This document shows positions 28,752-37,886 of a DNA stretch of 64,000 nt, one piece after another. The stretch's first letter is position 1, and each line of letters starts with the position of its first letter. Under the pieces are notes generated by a model that saw only the letters and a list, made by a program, of their open reading frames with translations, was not told the DNA's origin and ran no database searches. The position numbers and the translations under genes were made by a program. The stretch lies in IMG/VR virus record IMGVR_UViG_3300009428_000005; one strand, written 5' to 3'. This DNA is from an uncultured virus (IMG/VR IMGVR_UViG_3300009428_000005). Its lineage: Duplodnaviria > Heunggongvirae > Uroviricota > Caudoviricetes.

Positions 28752-30595
28752 TAGCATTATACCCAGGAGCATTTAAACCACCTCATAGAGGTCATTTTGA
28801 AGTCGTTAAGAGTCTACTTAACGGTTCCTTCACTGGAAAGCTATATGGCCTTGATGATTATAAAGAAGCAGGTATAAAGGCTTTAGAAGGAGAAGACTCT
28901 AAGGCAGAACCAATAAATAAAGTTGTTATATTCATAGGAGGAAAAGATCGTAATGGTTTAGGAGCAGATAAATCTAAGGCAATATGGGAAATATACGCTA
29001 AATATTTACCAGGAGAAGTAGTAATATACGATAGAGTTCCTAACCCTATGTTAAATGCTAAGGTATATGCTAAAGACAGACCAACAGAAAACTTTTATGC
29101 TGTTACAGGAATAAGAGGAGAAGAAGATTTAATTGATTTAAAACGTATATCAACATTTAAAAACCTAACTAATGTAGAGGGATTAGCTTTAGTACCTTCA
29201 GGAGAAAATCTTGCTATTAGAGCAACAAACTTTAGAAATAAGCTAATATCAGGAAACTTAGATGATACTTTAGATTTCTTTCCTAAAGAATTATCAAGAG
29301 AAGAAATGTTAAAAATTACTAACATGTTAAAAGACAGTATAATTGCAGAGCAAATGAACATAACCATTGAAGAGATCTTTAACGGTTTTGCTTCAAATGA
29401 AAAACCAAGAAGAAATCAACATACAATTAATACTCACGGAGTAATGAGATCAGAAGATAGAGCAGATCTTGTTAAAATATATAATAAACTCCGTACAGTA
29501 CTCAACACTGAATTAGTATTAGTAAATTTTAAACAAGATAGAATAGAAGTTAGCTTAAAGAATGACTCAGATAGAAGTTCATTTGACTATACTCCTCACA
29601 TGGCTTCCCTATTAGAGTATATGTTAAATGAGGGAATGAAAATTACTCCTTTACCTGAAATTAAACTTAAAAAAGATATTGATGAAGCTTCTAATTTCTT
29701 TGGAAAGACTGCTTACTATGATCCTAACATAAAAGAAGTTGTCTTATATACAGAAGGAAGACATCCAAAAGATGTAATGAGGTCCTTTACTCATGAAATG
29801 GTTCACCATATGCAAAATATGGAAAAAAGGCTTGGAGGTATATCTACTAGTAATACTAATGAAGATAATGACTTGCTAGAAATAGAAAAAGAAGCATACT
29901 TAAAGGGCAATATTACTTTTAGAAACTGGGAAGATTCAGTTAAAAACCCTAAAGAACAAGTTGCAGAAGGTAGTTACGATACACTTACGAATCGTATTTC
30001 TTCTACTATATTTGATTCATTTAAAGAAGCAATAGTAAAAGGAGAAGATGGAGAGTTTAATATTACTATCGGTCCACAGGAAGATGCAGATATAAAACAT
30101 AAAATGAGCTTTGACGTTCAAGCTATTATTAAAGTAACAGATGATATCTACTCTGTAGACGGAGGAGCAAATGCAGGGTATGATGACGATGGAGACGATA
30201 TAGACCCTTTTATCAATATAGTATTTCAAGTACCAACTAATATTGACCTAAAGGAGTTATCTTTTGATTTAAAAGACGTAATAAGACACGAAGTAGAACA
30301 CCTCACCCAAGATGGTGAAAACCTTAAACAAGGTAAATACATTCCAGATGATGGAGACTTAAGAGCTCTAATTGATGCTGGACTATTAGATAAAGATGAA
30401 TATTATAAACTTCCTAAAGAAGTAGATGCAATGATTCAAGGTATGTACTTTAAAGCTAAAAAATCTAAAACTCCATTTGTAGATGTAGTTGATGATTATT
30501 TTAACAAGGCTAAAGTAACACGAGAAGAAAGACCTATTATAAAAGCTCTTTGGAATCGACGTTTACCTGCTTTAGGAATAAAACAAAGGTTATGA
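28748..30595 (+). CDS. HxGH (cytidylyltransferase-like) nucleotidyltransferase fused to two HExxH domains
   Basis: ALYPGAFKPPHRGH, IRATNFR; then THEMVH...EKEAY and RHEVEH...EVDA. Confidence 0.75.
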   Translation: MIALYPGAFKPPHRGHFEVVKSLLNGSFTGKLYGLDDYKEAGIKALEGEDSKAEPINKVVIFIGGKDRNGLGADKSKAIWEIYAKYLPGEVVIYDRVPNPMLNAKVYAKDRPTENFYAVTGIRGEEDLIDLKRISTFKNLTNVEGLALVPSGENLAIRATNFRNKLISGNLDDTLDFFPKELSREEMLKITNMLKDSIIAEQMNITIEEIFNGFASNEKPRRNQHTINTHGVMRSEDRADLVKIYNKLRTVLNTELVLVNFKQDRIEVSLKNDSDRSSFDYTPHMASLLEYMLNEGMKITPLPEIKLKKDIDEASNFFGKTAYYDPNIKEVVLYTEGRHPKDVMRSFTHEMVHHMQNMEKRLGGISTSNTNEDNDLLEIEKEAYLKGNITFRNWEDSVKNPKEQVAEGSYDTLTNRISSTIFDSFKEAIVKGEDGEFNITIGPQEDADIKHKMSFDVQAIIKVTDDIYSVDGGANAGYDDDGDDIDPFINIVFQVPTNIDLKELSFDLKDVIRHEVEHLTQDGENLKQGKYIPDDGDLRALIDAGLLDKDEYYKLPKEVDAMIQGMYFKAKKSKTPFVDVVDDYFNKAKVTREERPIIKALWNRRLPALGIKQRL

Positions 30596-31140
30596 AACAA
30601 AAAATAAGTGAACTATTAGCAGAAGGATACCCTCTGCCAGAACAAAAAGAAGTACCACCGTATAAAATATACTGTGATATGGATGGAGTACTAACAGATT
30701 TCGAATCAAGATTTGAACACTATACAGGTAAACATCCTCAAGTATATGAAAAACAATATGGACTCCAGAAGTTTTGGAACTTAATAGATGTAGAGGTAGG
30801 AATAAAGTTTTGGATAGGTATGGGCTGGATGCCACAAGGTCAAGAATTATGGAATTTTATTAAACAATATCAACCAGACCTATTAACTTCTCCTTCTAGA
30901 GATAATAGTTCAAGACTAGGTAAACAGTTATGGGCTAAGAATAACTTAAGTCCGAAGCCAAAAGTAATACTTGCGTACTCTAAAGATAAACAGAGGTATG
31001 CAAATGAGAATAGTATATTAATAGACGATAAACCGTCTAATATAAATGAATGGGCAGCTAAAGGCGGAATTGCAATAAGATGTAAAGACGGAGATACTAA
31101 CCATGTTATAAATAAATTAAAAGAGTTAGGTTATGCGTGA
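30592..31140 (+). CDS. HAD-family 5'(3')-nucleotidase-like phosphatase
   Basis: IYCDMDGVLTDF, LLTSP, GKQLW, ILIDD. Start moved to ATG 30592 (ATGA overlap). Confidence 0.85.
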   Translation: MKQKISELLAEGYPLPEQKEVPPYKIYCDMDGVLTDFESRFEHYTGKHPQVYEKQYGLQKFWNLIDVEVGIKFWIGMGWMPQGQELWNFIKQYQPDLLTSPSRDNSSRLGKQLWAKNNLSPKPKVILAYSKDKQRYANENSILIDDKPSNINEWAAKGGIAIRCKDGDTNHVINKLKELGYA

Positions 31141-31714
31141 TGAAAAAGAATCGTTATTAAAAAAAGAATTCAAAGAAAGTGATTTACAAAGAGCAAGGAA
31201 CCTAGTAAATAAGGACTTTACAGGCTCTACTAAAACACAAACAGGATATCAAAAATCATACGTTAGACGTATTGAAGGAGACATATGGAATGAAGGAGGT
31301 AAGAGCTGGACGATTAAAAATGGTTTAAAGCAAAACATTACTAAATTAGATGCAGCAAAAAAAGCTATACGAATTCCATTAGCTTGTCCTCAATGCAAAG
31401 GAAAAATGACTCATTGGTTAGCAAAAAAAATGTATAAGATACACGGTGTGTGTTTTAACTGTACTGTAGAAAATGAACAAGCTTTAAAGAAAGCCGGATT
31501 ATACGATCAGTATGAAAAAAGAATGATGCAAGGTAATATGAGAGCATTTGCACAAGATATACAAGACTGGTCAGTTGACTTTGTTAACGAGAGTCAAGAT
31601 GTAGTAACAGAGGACGGAGTAATAGAAGACTGGAACTCTAATAGCAGTGCTAAAAAACAAGTTATAAAGAACGTAAAAGATTATTTAGATATTCTAAATA
31701 AACACATAGTATAG
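31133..31714 (+). CDS. Hypothetical zinc-finger protein
   Basis: CPQC...CFNC. Confidence 0.7.
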   Translation: MRDEKESLLKKEFKESDLQRARNLVNKDFTGSTKTQTGYQKSYVRRIEGDIWNEGGKSWTIKNGLKQNITKLDAAKKAIRIPLACPQCKGKMTHWLAKKMYKIHGVCFNCTVENEQALKKAGLYDQYEKRMMQGNMRAFAQDIQDWSVDFVNESQDVVTEDGVIEDWNSNSSAKKQVIKNVKDYLDILNKHIV

Positions 31715-31717
31715 TTA

Positions 31718-31725
31718 TATTTATA
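31718..31725 (+). promoter_or_regulatory. Putative late promoter TATTTATA
   Basis: Intergenic octamer. Confidence 0.65.
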
Positions 31726-31748
31726 ATATATAATTAATTAACGTTAGA

Positions 31749-32111
31749 ATGACTCAAAAAGAGACACTAGATTCGCTATTAAAAGAGATAAGGCATATTA
31801 AGACACATATGCCAAATGGTGAAATGAAAATTATCCAAGCGGACTTGCATGATTTAAAGGAGGATATATCGGATATGAAATATATGTTAATGAACCCAGA
31901 AGACGGTATCATTGTAAAAACTAATAAAAACTCAGACTTTCGACGTAAAATGGAAGAAGGTGAAGAAAAGTTTCAATACCATATGTCTGACATTAAAGAA
32001 TTAAAACAATGGAAATCAGCTACAACTAAAGCTTTGTGGATTATTTTCGGTGCATTAGCATCTATTATTATAAGAATGTTAATGATGCACTCAGATAAAA
32101 TAAATTTATAA
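31749..32111 (+). CDS. Coiled-coil protein with C-terminal TM helix (possibly holin-like)
   Basis: KALWIIFGALASIIIRML at the C-terminus; late promoter upstream. Confidence 0.55.
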   Translation: MTQKETLDSLLKEIRHIKTHMPNGEMKIIQADLHDLKEDISDMKYMLMNPEDGIIVKTNKNSDFRRKMEEGEEKFQYHMSDIKELKQWKSATTKALWIIFGALASIIIRMLMMHSDKINL

Positions 32112-33196
32112 TGAAAGAAACTAATAAAGATACTATAAGAGTAAGCACTTTATCTGCTAAATATCAAAAAAAGTTAGCAGATAGATATGGTGAAGTACAC
32201 CCTCAAGATTTTCTATCTGGAGATAAAAAGACTTATTTTAAATTTGACGGTGAAAATAAAACAACAGGTAGCGTAACCCATAGACCTATTAATATGCCTT
32301 CTTTTGAAAGTATGTACTTAATATACTCTAAATTGGTCGGGAGTGTTAAATATCTTGCAAAGAATCAAGAAATAGCAGGCGATAAAGATGCTAGACAGTT
32401 ATTCGATATAATAAAAACTACTTATAGACAACTACAAACATACCTCAGGAACGAAAGACCGGAGCAATACGAACTTATGAAAATGAGAAGGGTAATGGAA
32501 GAAAAGACTTATGAAGAAATTATAGAAGTATTAGCAGAAGGAAAACCAGGTCTTTGGGCTAACATAAGAGCTAAAAAGGCTAGAGGTGCAAAACCTGCCC
32601 ATAAAAATTCTAATGCACATAAAGATGCAGTTAAAGCTGGTGAGAAGATTAATAAATCTGAGACTAAAGGAGCACCATCAGGACATTACTTCACTAAATC
32701 TGGCAACCTTGTAAAAGGAACTATGTCTGCAGATGCTAAAGAAAGAGGAGCTCGTAAATCAGATCCAAAAGATAAGACAAGATCTAAAGTACCTAAAGCC
32801 ACACAGTATAACGAAGAAGACCTCGGTAAAGGGTATACATACGCTAGAGATATTATTGCTCATTTAAGAGAGAACGTTTATAGAAAATTAAATGATCAAG
32901 AATTAGAAGAGTTTAGAAGAGAGATGTATGAGCACTATAAAGATGTAGTAGCAGAAGATACGACCGAAGAAGGTCTTTGGGCTAATATTAATGCTAAGAA
33001 AAAAGCAGGTAAGAAATCTTCTCATGGTAATTCTAATGCACATAAAGATGCAGTCAAAGCAGGCAATAAACTAAAAGAAACAGAACATCAAGGTTCAAAT
33101 TACAAATGGCCTATGTCTAAAGCTACTAAAGATAGAAAAGATGCAGACGTAGCAGCTCAAAAAGCTAAAAGAAAAGCTGATAATAAATTAAAATGA
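32111..33196 (+). CDS. Modular basic protein with duplicated GLWANI...NSNAHKDAVKAG module
   Basis: Repeat at about 32549-32640 and 32972-33063. Confidence 0.75.
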   Translation: MKETNKDTIRVSTLSAKYQKKLADRYGEVHPQDFLSGDKKTYFKFDGENKTTGSVTHRPINMPSFESMYLIYSKLVGSVKYLAKNQEIAGDKDARQLFDIIKTTYRQLQTYLRNERPEQYELMKMRRVMEEKTYEEIIEVLAEGKPGLWANIRAKKARGAKPAHKNSNAHKDAVKAGEKINKSETKGAPSGHYFTKSGNLVKGTMSADAKERGARKSDPKDKTRSKVPKATQYNEEDLGKGYTYARDIIAHLRENVYRKLNDQELEEFRREMYEHYKDVVAEDTTEEGLWANINAKKKAGKKSSHGNSNAHKDAVKAGNKLKETEHQGSNYKWPMSKATKDRKDADVAAQKAKRKADNKLK

Positions 33197-33519
33197 AATT
33201 AACTCTAGCACAACTTATAGGAGAGATCATAACTGATAGTAAAATCATTTGTGAAAATTGCGGTTGGAGCTGGAACAAAGAAGACGGAGGTGATGATTTA
33301 TATATGTGTCATAAATGTGGACATAATAATACCCCTCATGCTTTAGAGAACTTTAAGGACGGTAAAAAGAAAGGTAAGTCAAAACCAGGTAGAGTAAAAA
33401 AATCTGGTGCTAGTTGTAATGGTTCTGTAACTGACCTTCGCAGAAAGGCTAAGAACGCTTCAGGCGAGAAAGCTAAAATGTACCATTGGTGTGCTAATAT
33501 GAAAGGCGGTAAAAAATGA
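33193..33519 (+). CDS. Zinc ribbon plus basic domain protein
   Basis: MKLTLAQLIGE leader, CENC...CHKC, then ALE/NFKDGKKKGK... basic module. Confidence 0.75.
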   Translation: MKLTLAQLIGEIITDSKIICENCGWSWNKEDGGDDLYMCHKCGHNNTPHALENFKDGKKKGKSKPGRVKKSGASCNGSVTDLRRKAKNASGEKAKMYHWCANMKGGKK

Positions 33520-34145
33520 AATTAAGCGATAGTAAACTAACTCCTCAAGGGTACTTTCTAGATGCTATAGAAGACCCGTCTATACTCAAAGACCCTAACT
33601 GTGTTGATTTATTCGATCAAAACGGCTACCACTTAACAAAAGCTGAACAAGCATACTTATCACGTAATGGATTTGAAGCTATAGAAAGACGTCATGAGGA
33701 CTGTCTTAGACACGACTGGATTACATGGGATAAGAAATCAGGAGCTCATATAAATCACTCAGACTTATTTGAAAGAAAAGGATTTAAAGATCAAGCATTA
33801 CAGCAATTAGAGATATTTGCAGAAGATTATAATCCAATGCTCTATAAACTTATTAAAATGAAACCAAAATGGGGTATAGATATCTCTATAGATTATGTAT
33901 CTCCAGATGCAGTATTTGAAGTATTTCACTACGAATGGGATTCTTTTGAGTACGATAAAGTACTTGAAAAAAAGTTGGAAATTGAGAGATTAGTTCTTAA
34001 CTTAGACTGGGATCATGCAGCAAAAGAATTGTGGGGAAGGAAAGATGAGTGGATTAATCTCGACTTTTTCGAACAGTCCCTTTGGCGAACAGAATTCTTT
34101 GGTACAGAACCTGAGAAGTTTAAGAATATTATTTGGGATAACTAA
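33516..34145 (+). CDS. Hypothetical protein
   Basis: 209 aa, globular composition. Confidence 0.75.
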   Translation: MKLSDSKLTPQGYFLDAIEDPSILKDPNCVDLFDQNGYHLTKAEQAYLSRNGFEAIERRHEDCLRHDWITWDKKSGAHINHSDLFERKGFKDQALQQLEIFAEDYNPMLYKLIKMKPKWGIDISIDYVSPDAVFEVFHYEWDSFEYDKVLEKKLEIERLVLNLDWDHAAKELWGRKDEWINLDFFEQSLWRTEFFGTEPEKFKNIIWDN

Positions 34146-34147
34146 TC

Positions 34148-34155
34148 TATTTATA
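34148..34155 (+). promoter_or_regulatory. Putative late promoter TATTTATA
   Basis: Intergenic octamer. Confidence 0.65.
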
Positions 34156-34185
34156 TAAGATACCTCCATAAAAAGTTAAATAAAG

Positions 34186-36366
34186 ATGACATATAAAGAA
34201 GTTAATGATAGGCTAACAAAAGTACAAACTGCTCTCAATAAATTGAAAAGCGGTAAAATAGACTTAGCCCCCGTCAAAACCCAAGCTCAACTTGAAATAA
34301 TTAAAGAGTCTCTACAGAAAAAACTCATTACCTTAAAAGAGCGAGAGCAGACTATGTTCGTTAAGACTAAAGGAGGAGATGACGAAGTTGTTACTTTAGA
34401 TAAAAAAGAAGCTGACAAACTTAAGAAAGATACAGATATTATAGGTATTAAAACAGCTAAAGGTGAAACTATAAAAGAAGAAGAAATCACAGTTGAACAG
34501 AATCAAGAAATTGCTAAAAAAGTAGGTAAAGCGTTAGCTAATTCTCTACGAAAAGTAGGCGATGAGTTAGATACTATGAAAGCTAGAAACTTTAACCCTA
34601 CTAATGATACTAATTACTTTGACATCTACGTAGAATATAAAGCATCAGATAAAAGTGATGATTTTAAGTTTGCTATTAAAGACGGTATTTTAAGTCTACA
34701 AGGCAAAGAGTTAGGAGCAGTAGGATTTCTTCCTTCTGGAGAAATACAAATACACACAGAAATAATAGAAGCAGCTTTAATAAAGCACTTTGAATCAGAT
34801 ATGAAAGAAGATATGAGATCAAAAGATAAAGAATTTGAAAAGAGCAGAGAAGCTGCCAGATTAGAAAAGCACCCAGAGAGTGATACCATCAAAAAGATAC
34901 AGGCCTTACTCGGAAAAGAAAAGAGCTTAGGAGAAACAGAAGATGAAGCTAACACTTCAGGAGCTGTAGGTGCATACCTTACTCCAAATGCTTTTGGAAA
35001 GAAGAAAAAGAAAGATAAATTATATGAAGATCCATCCTATATAGATATAATTGGTCAGTTTGCTGCCCTTATGGCTACAGGTTATACTGCATATCAAGCA
35101 GTAGAAAAACTAGGAGATGGAAACGGAGATATAAGTATAGACAGTATTAAGAAAGCTATACATAAATACTCAGCCCCTAAAAACGAAGACGCAGAAGAAG
35201 ATGCTAAAAATGATGCTGATTACGAAGCTGGATGGCATGACAATCCAAGAAAAGATGAAGATGTAGATGTAGGTCATCAAGACGATGAACCTAGCATGTT
35301 AGGAGCTTCAGCACTAGAGACAGCAGAATATGCAGCTAAATTATATAAGAAACTACAGAGATATGACCAACATGACGGAGAAGTAGATTTTCCTAACTGG
35401 TGGCAAAAGAAGCTAATCTTAGCTAGAGATTATATGTCAGCAGCGTACCATTATTTAGACTCAGAAGAGAAACAACCAGCCTTAGACCAATTAGCACTAG
35501 AAAGCGTTGTTAAAGAAGGCAGAGGCGATATGGAAAGAATTGTCGACCTTATTACTGATAAAGCAGCTGAATCAGGATTTACTGTACAAGAAGAGGCAAT
35601 GGAAGTAATGGAAGCTATCGGAGAATACTACGAGATAAACTTTGAATTTGGTAGATTAGGAGATAGTCTAGAAGAAGGAGAAGGTAATGAAAAAGCAATT
35701 AAAGGTCAAGAGTTAGTTGATTACATAATGGGTAACTGGAATTGGTCAGAAGAAAAAACACTACATTGGCTAGGAAATAACTTTGGTAAAAACAAAAAAC
35801 CTCAAACCCCTAAAGAAGAAGATCAAGACTATATAGACTACTTAAGAAGAAGTGGTAGAAATAAGTATGCAAAAGAACTAGTAGCCCGTAGCTCAGGTAA
35901 ACTAAAAGAAGAAACCTTACAAGAAGAACTAACAGGAGATCAAAGAGAAGCCCTAATGGACTTACAGAACGTATTAGATCAAGCAGCTAATTTAGGAGAC
36001 GAGGCTAGAGAGATAGTTAAAGATCATTTTCCTAGAGAATTGAGTGCAGGTGAAGCTTATGATGTATTTAGTTTTGGTTCAAGTTCTAATAGATACGATA
36101 AAACATTAGAATCTTTAATAGAAGATATTGAATTGGCTGCTGAAGATGATGATATGGATGATTTAGATGAAGGAGTTGCTAAAACTAAAAAAGCTCACGA
36201 CCAAGTTGTTACTATAATGAAAGACCTTGCTAAGAAATATAAGGCAGGTGATAAATCAGTAGTTGACCAACTTAAATCATTAACAGCTACTAAAAAGAAA
36301 TTAGAAGCAATGTTAGATAAAGATGTTGCAGGAACCGGAGTAGATCAAGAAGTAACTGAAATATAA
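34186..36366 (+). CDS. Large acidic modular protein, candidate internal head polyprotein
   Basis: 726 aa; many (L/I/V/M)-x-E linkers between short modules. Confidence 0.65.
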   Translation: MTYKEVNDRLTKVQTALNKLKSGKIDLAPVKTQAQLEIIKESLQKKLITLKEREQTMFVKTKGGDDEVVTLDKKEADKLKKDTDIIGIKTAKGETIKEEEITVEQNQEIAKKVGKALANSLRKVGDELDTMKARNFNPTNDTNYFDIYVEYKASDKSDDFKFAIKDGILSLQGKELGAVGFLPSGEIQIHTEIIEAALIKHFESDMKEDMRSKDKEFEKSREAARLEKHPESDTIKKIQALLGKEKSLGETEDEANTSGAVGAYLTPNAFGKKKKKDKLYEDPSYIDIIGQFAALMATGYTAYQAVEKLGDGNGDISIDSIKKAIHKYSAPKNEDAEEDAKNDADYEAGWHDNPRKDEDVDVGHQDDEPSMLGASALETAEYAAKLYKKLQRYDQHDGEVDFPNWWQKKLILARDYMSAAYHYLDSEEKQPALDQLALESVVKEGRGDMERIVDLITDKAAESGFTVQEEAMEVMEAIGEYYEINFEFGRLGDSLEEGEGNEKAIKGQELVDYIMGNWNWSEEKTLHWLGNNFGKNKKPQTPKEEDQDYIDYLRRSGRNKYAKELVARSSGKLKEETLQEELTGDQREALMDLQNVLDQAANLGDEAREIVKDHFPRELSAGEAYDVFSFGSSSNRYDKTLESLIEDIELAAEDDDMDDLDEGVAKTKKAHDQVVTIMKDLAKKYKAGDKSVVDQLKSLTATKKKLEAMLDKDVAGTGVDQEVTEI

Positions 36367-36370
36367 TAAT

Positions 36371-37591
36371 ATGAAAGGAAAAGACTTACGTAATTTAATT
36401 CTGGAATCATATAATGAAGTATTGGTAGAGCTTAATGAAGGTTATTTTGGAGATACTAGTGACGATGAAGACGAACCTACCTATGCTGATAAGCAAAGAG
36501 CTAATGTAATAGAAGCACCAGATGGTGTACATTATATTAGGGTAGAAAGAACTGAATTCATAGAAGCATTAGGTATTTTAGAAAATGCTTTTGAAGACAG
36601 TATAGTTAAGTTTGAATTAAACGATCCAGATACCATATACATTCATAATGCCGATAATGGTGATATGCATGATGCAGTAGAAGAATTACAGCAAAATGGT
36701 ATCATAATCGATGAAACTAGTATAGATGACGAACTTCAAGAAATGGATATGAACGATCCAGTTCTTATGAAAACGAGAGCAGCTAAAAATAGAGCAGCTC
36801 AAGCTAAACATCCTGACACTAAATTTGCTGTAGGTAAACAAAACAATATAGAAAGAGCTGCTAAAATAAAAGACCTTGAAAGAAAGAGAGATCAAGTAAT
36901 GAGAGATATGGAGCAGGAAGCTGAACCAGAAGGAGGTCCTATAGCAGATAAATATGGAACAGTATTAAATAAAATAGATCAAGTACTTCTAAAACTTAGA
37001 GGACCTAAGAATGTAAATTTACAAGAATCTCTTTTAGATGAAGTAGAAGATGAAGAACCAACACCAGAAGAGTTACCAGATACTGATGCTCCTAAAGAAA
37101 CAGTATTAGAAGATTCAACTGATACCATACTAGCTAAATTTCCAACTGTAAGAGCAGCGTTAGTTAAATTACAAACAGAAGATTTTAAACAATTTGTTAC
37201 TTCTATAGATTGGATATCACCTAGACCTTCTTCTTTTAGAATTAATCTAAAGAATGGTCAAGACTATCTCCTTAAATGGACAGGTAAAACATTTGAAGCA
37301 AATATACTAGGAAAAAGATATTATATAAATAATATTGCAGATTACCAGCAGGCCTTAGATAAATTAGCTATACTGTATAAAGAATCACCCATGAAAGGAG
37401 CAGGAGAAGAAGCAGCAGATGCTGACGGTGTAGATTCAGCAGATACCGGAGGAGGAGACTTTCCAGGAGAAGATGGTGGAGCTACCGGAGGTGACGCAGG
37501 AGCACCTGACGATGGAGGAGGAGATACAGGAGGAGCAGATTTAAGTGGAGAACCAATAGACTTCGAAGACGGAGAAGAACCAGAAGCATAA
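36371..37591 (+). CDS. Acidic modular protein, candidate internal head protein
   Basis: MKGKDLRNLILE leader; Gly/Asp-rich tail. Confidence 0.65.
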   Translation: MKGKDLRNLILESYNEVLVELNEGYFGDTSDDEDEPTYADKQRANVIEAPDGVHYIRVERTEFIEALGILENAFEDSIVKFELNDPDTIYIHNADNGDMHDAVEELQQNGIIIDETSIDDELQEMDMNDPVLMKTRAAKNRAAQAKHPDTKFAVGKQNNIERAAKIKDLERKRDQVMRDMEQEAEPEGGPIADKYGTVLNKIDQVLLKLRGPKNVNLQESLLDEVEDEEPTPEELPDTDAPKETVLEDSTDTILAKFPTVRAALVKLQTEDFKQFVTSIDWISPRPSSFRINLKNGQDYLLKWTGKTFEANILGKRYYINNIADYQQALDKLAILYKESPMKGAGEEAADADGVDSADTGGGDFPGEDGGATGGDAGAPDDGGGDTGGADLSGEPIDFEDGEEPEA

Positions 37592-37601
37592 TAATAATAA
37601 T

Positions 37602-37886
37602 ATGAAAAACAATTTTGACCTTAGAAATTTCTTAACAGAGAATAAACTTACTCCAAGTTCTAAAAATGAAGCATGGGGTTATGAATCCGACTTTGCTAAA
37701 CACATAGAAAAAGGAGGAGGAGTACCTACTGCAAAAGTAGATCCTAAAGTTCTTCAAGTTAGCATGGGTAAAAATGCAAAACAAGAGCAGAGAGTAATAG
37801 ATATTGCTAGAGCTGCAATCGCATTTATGGATGAACAACCGAAAACATCAGCAGAAGATGCTTTAAAAACAGTATTAGGTAATTAA
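37602..37886 (+). CDS. Hypothetical protein with NFDLRNFLTENK leader
   Basis: 94 aa. Confidence 0.7.
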   Translation: MKNNFDLRNFLTENKLTPSSKNEAWGYESDFAKHIEKGGGVPTAKVDPKVLQVSMGKNAKQEQRVIDIARAAIAFMDEQPKTSAEDALKTVLGN

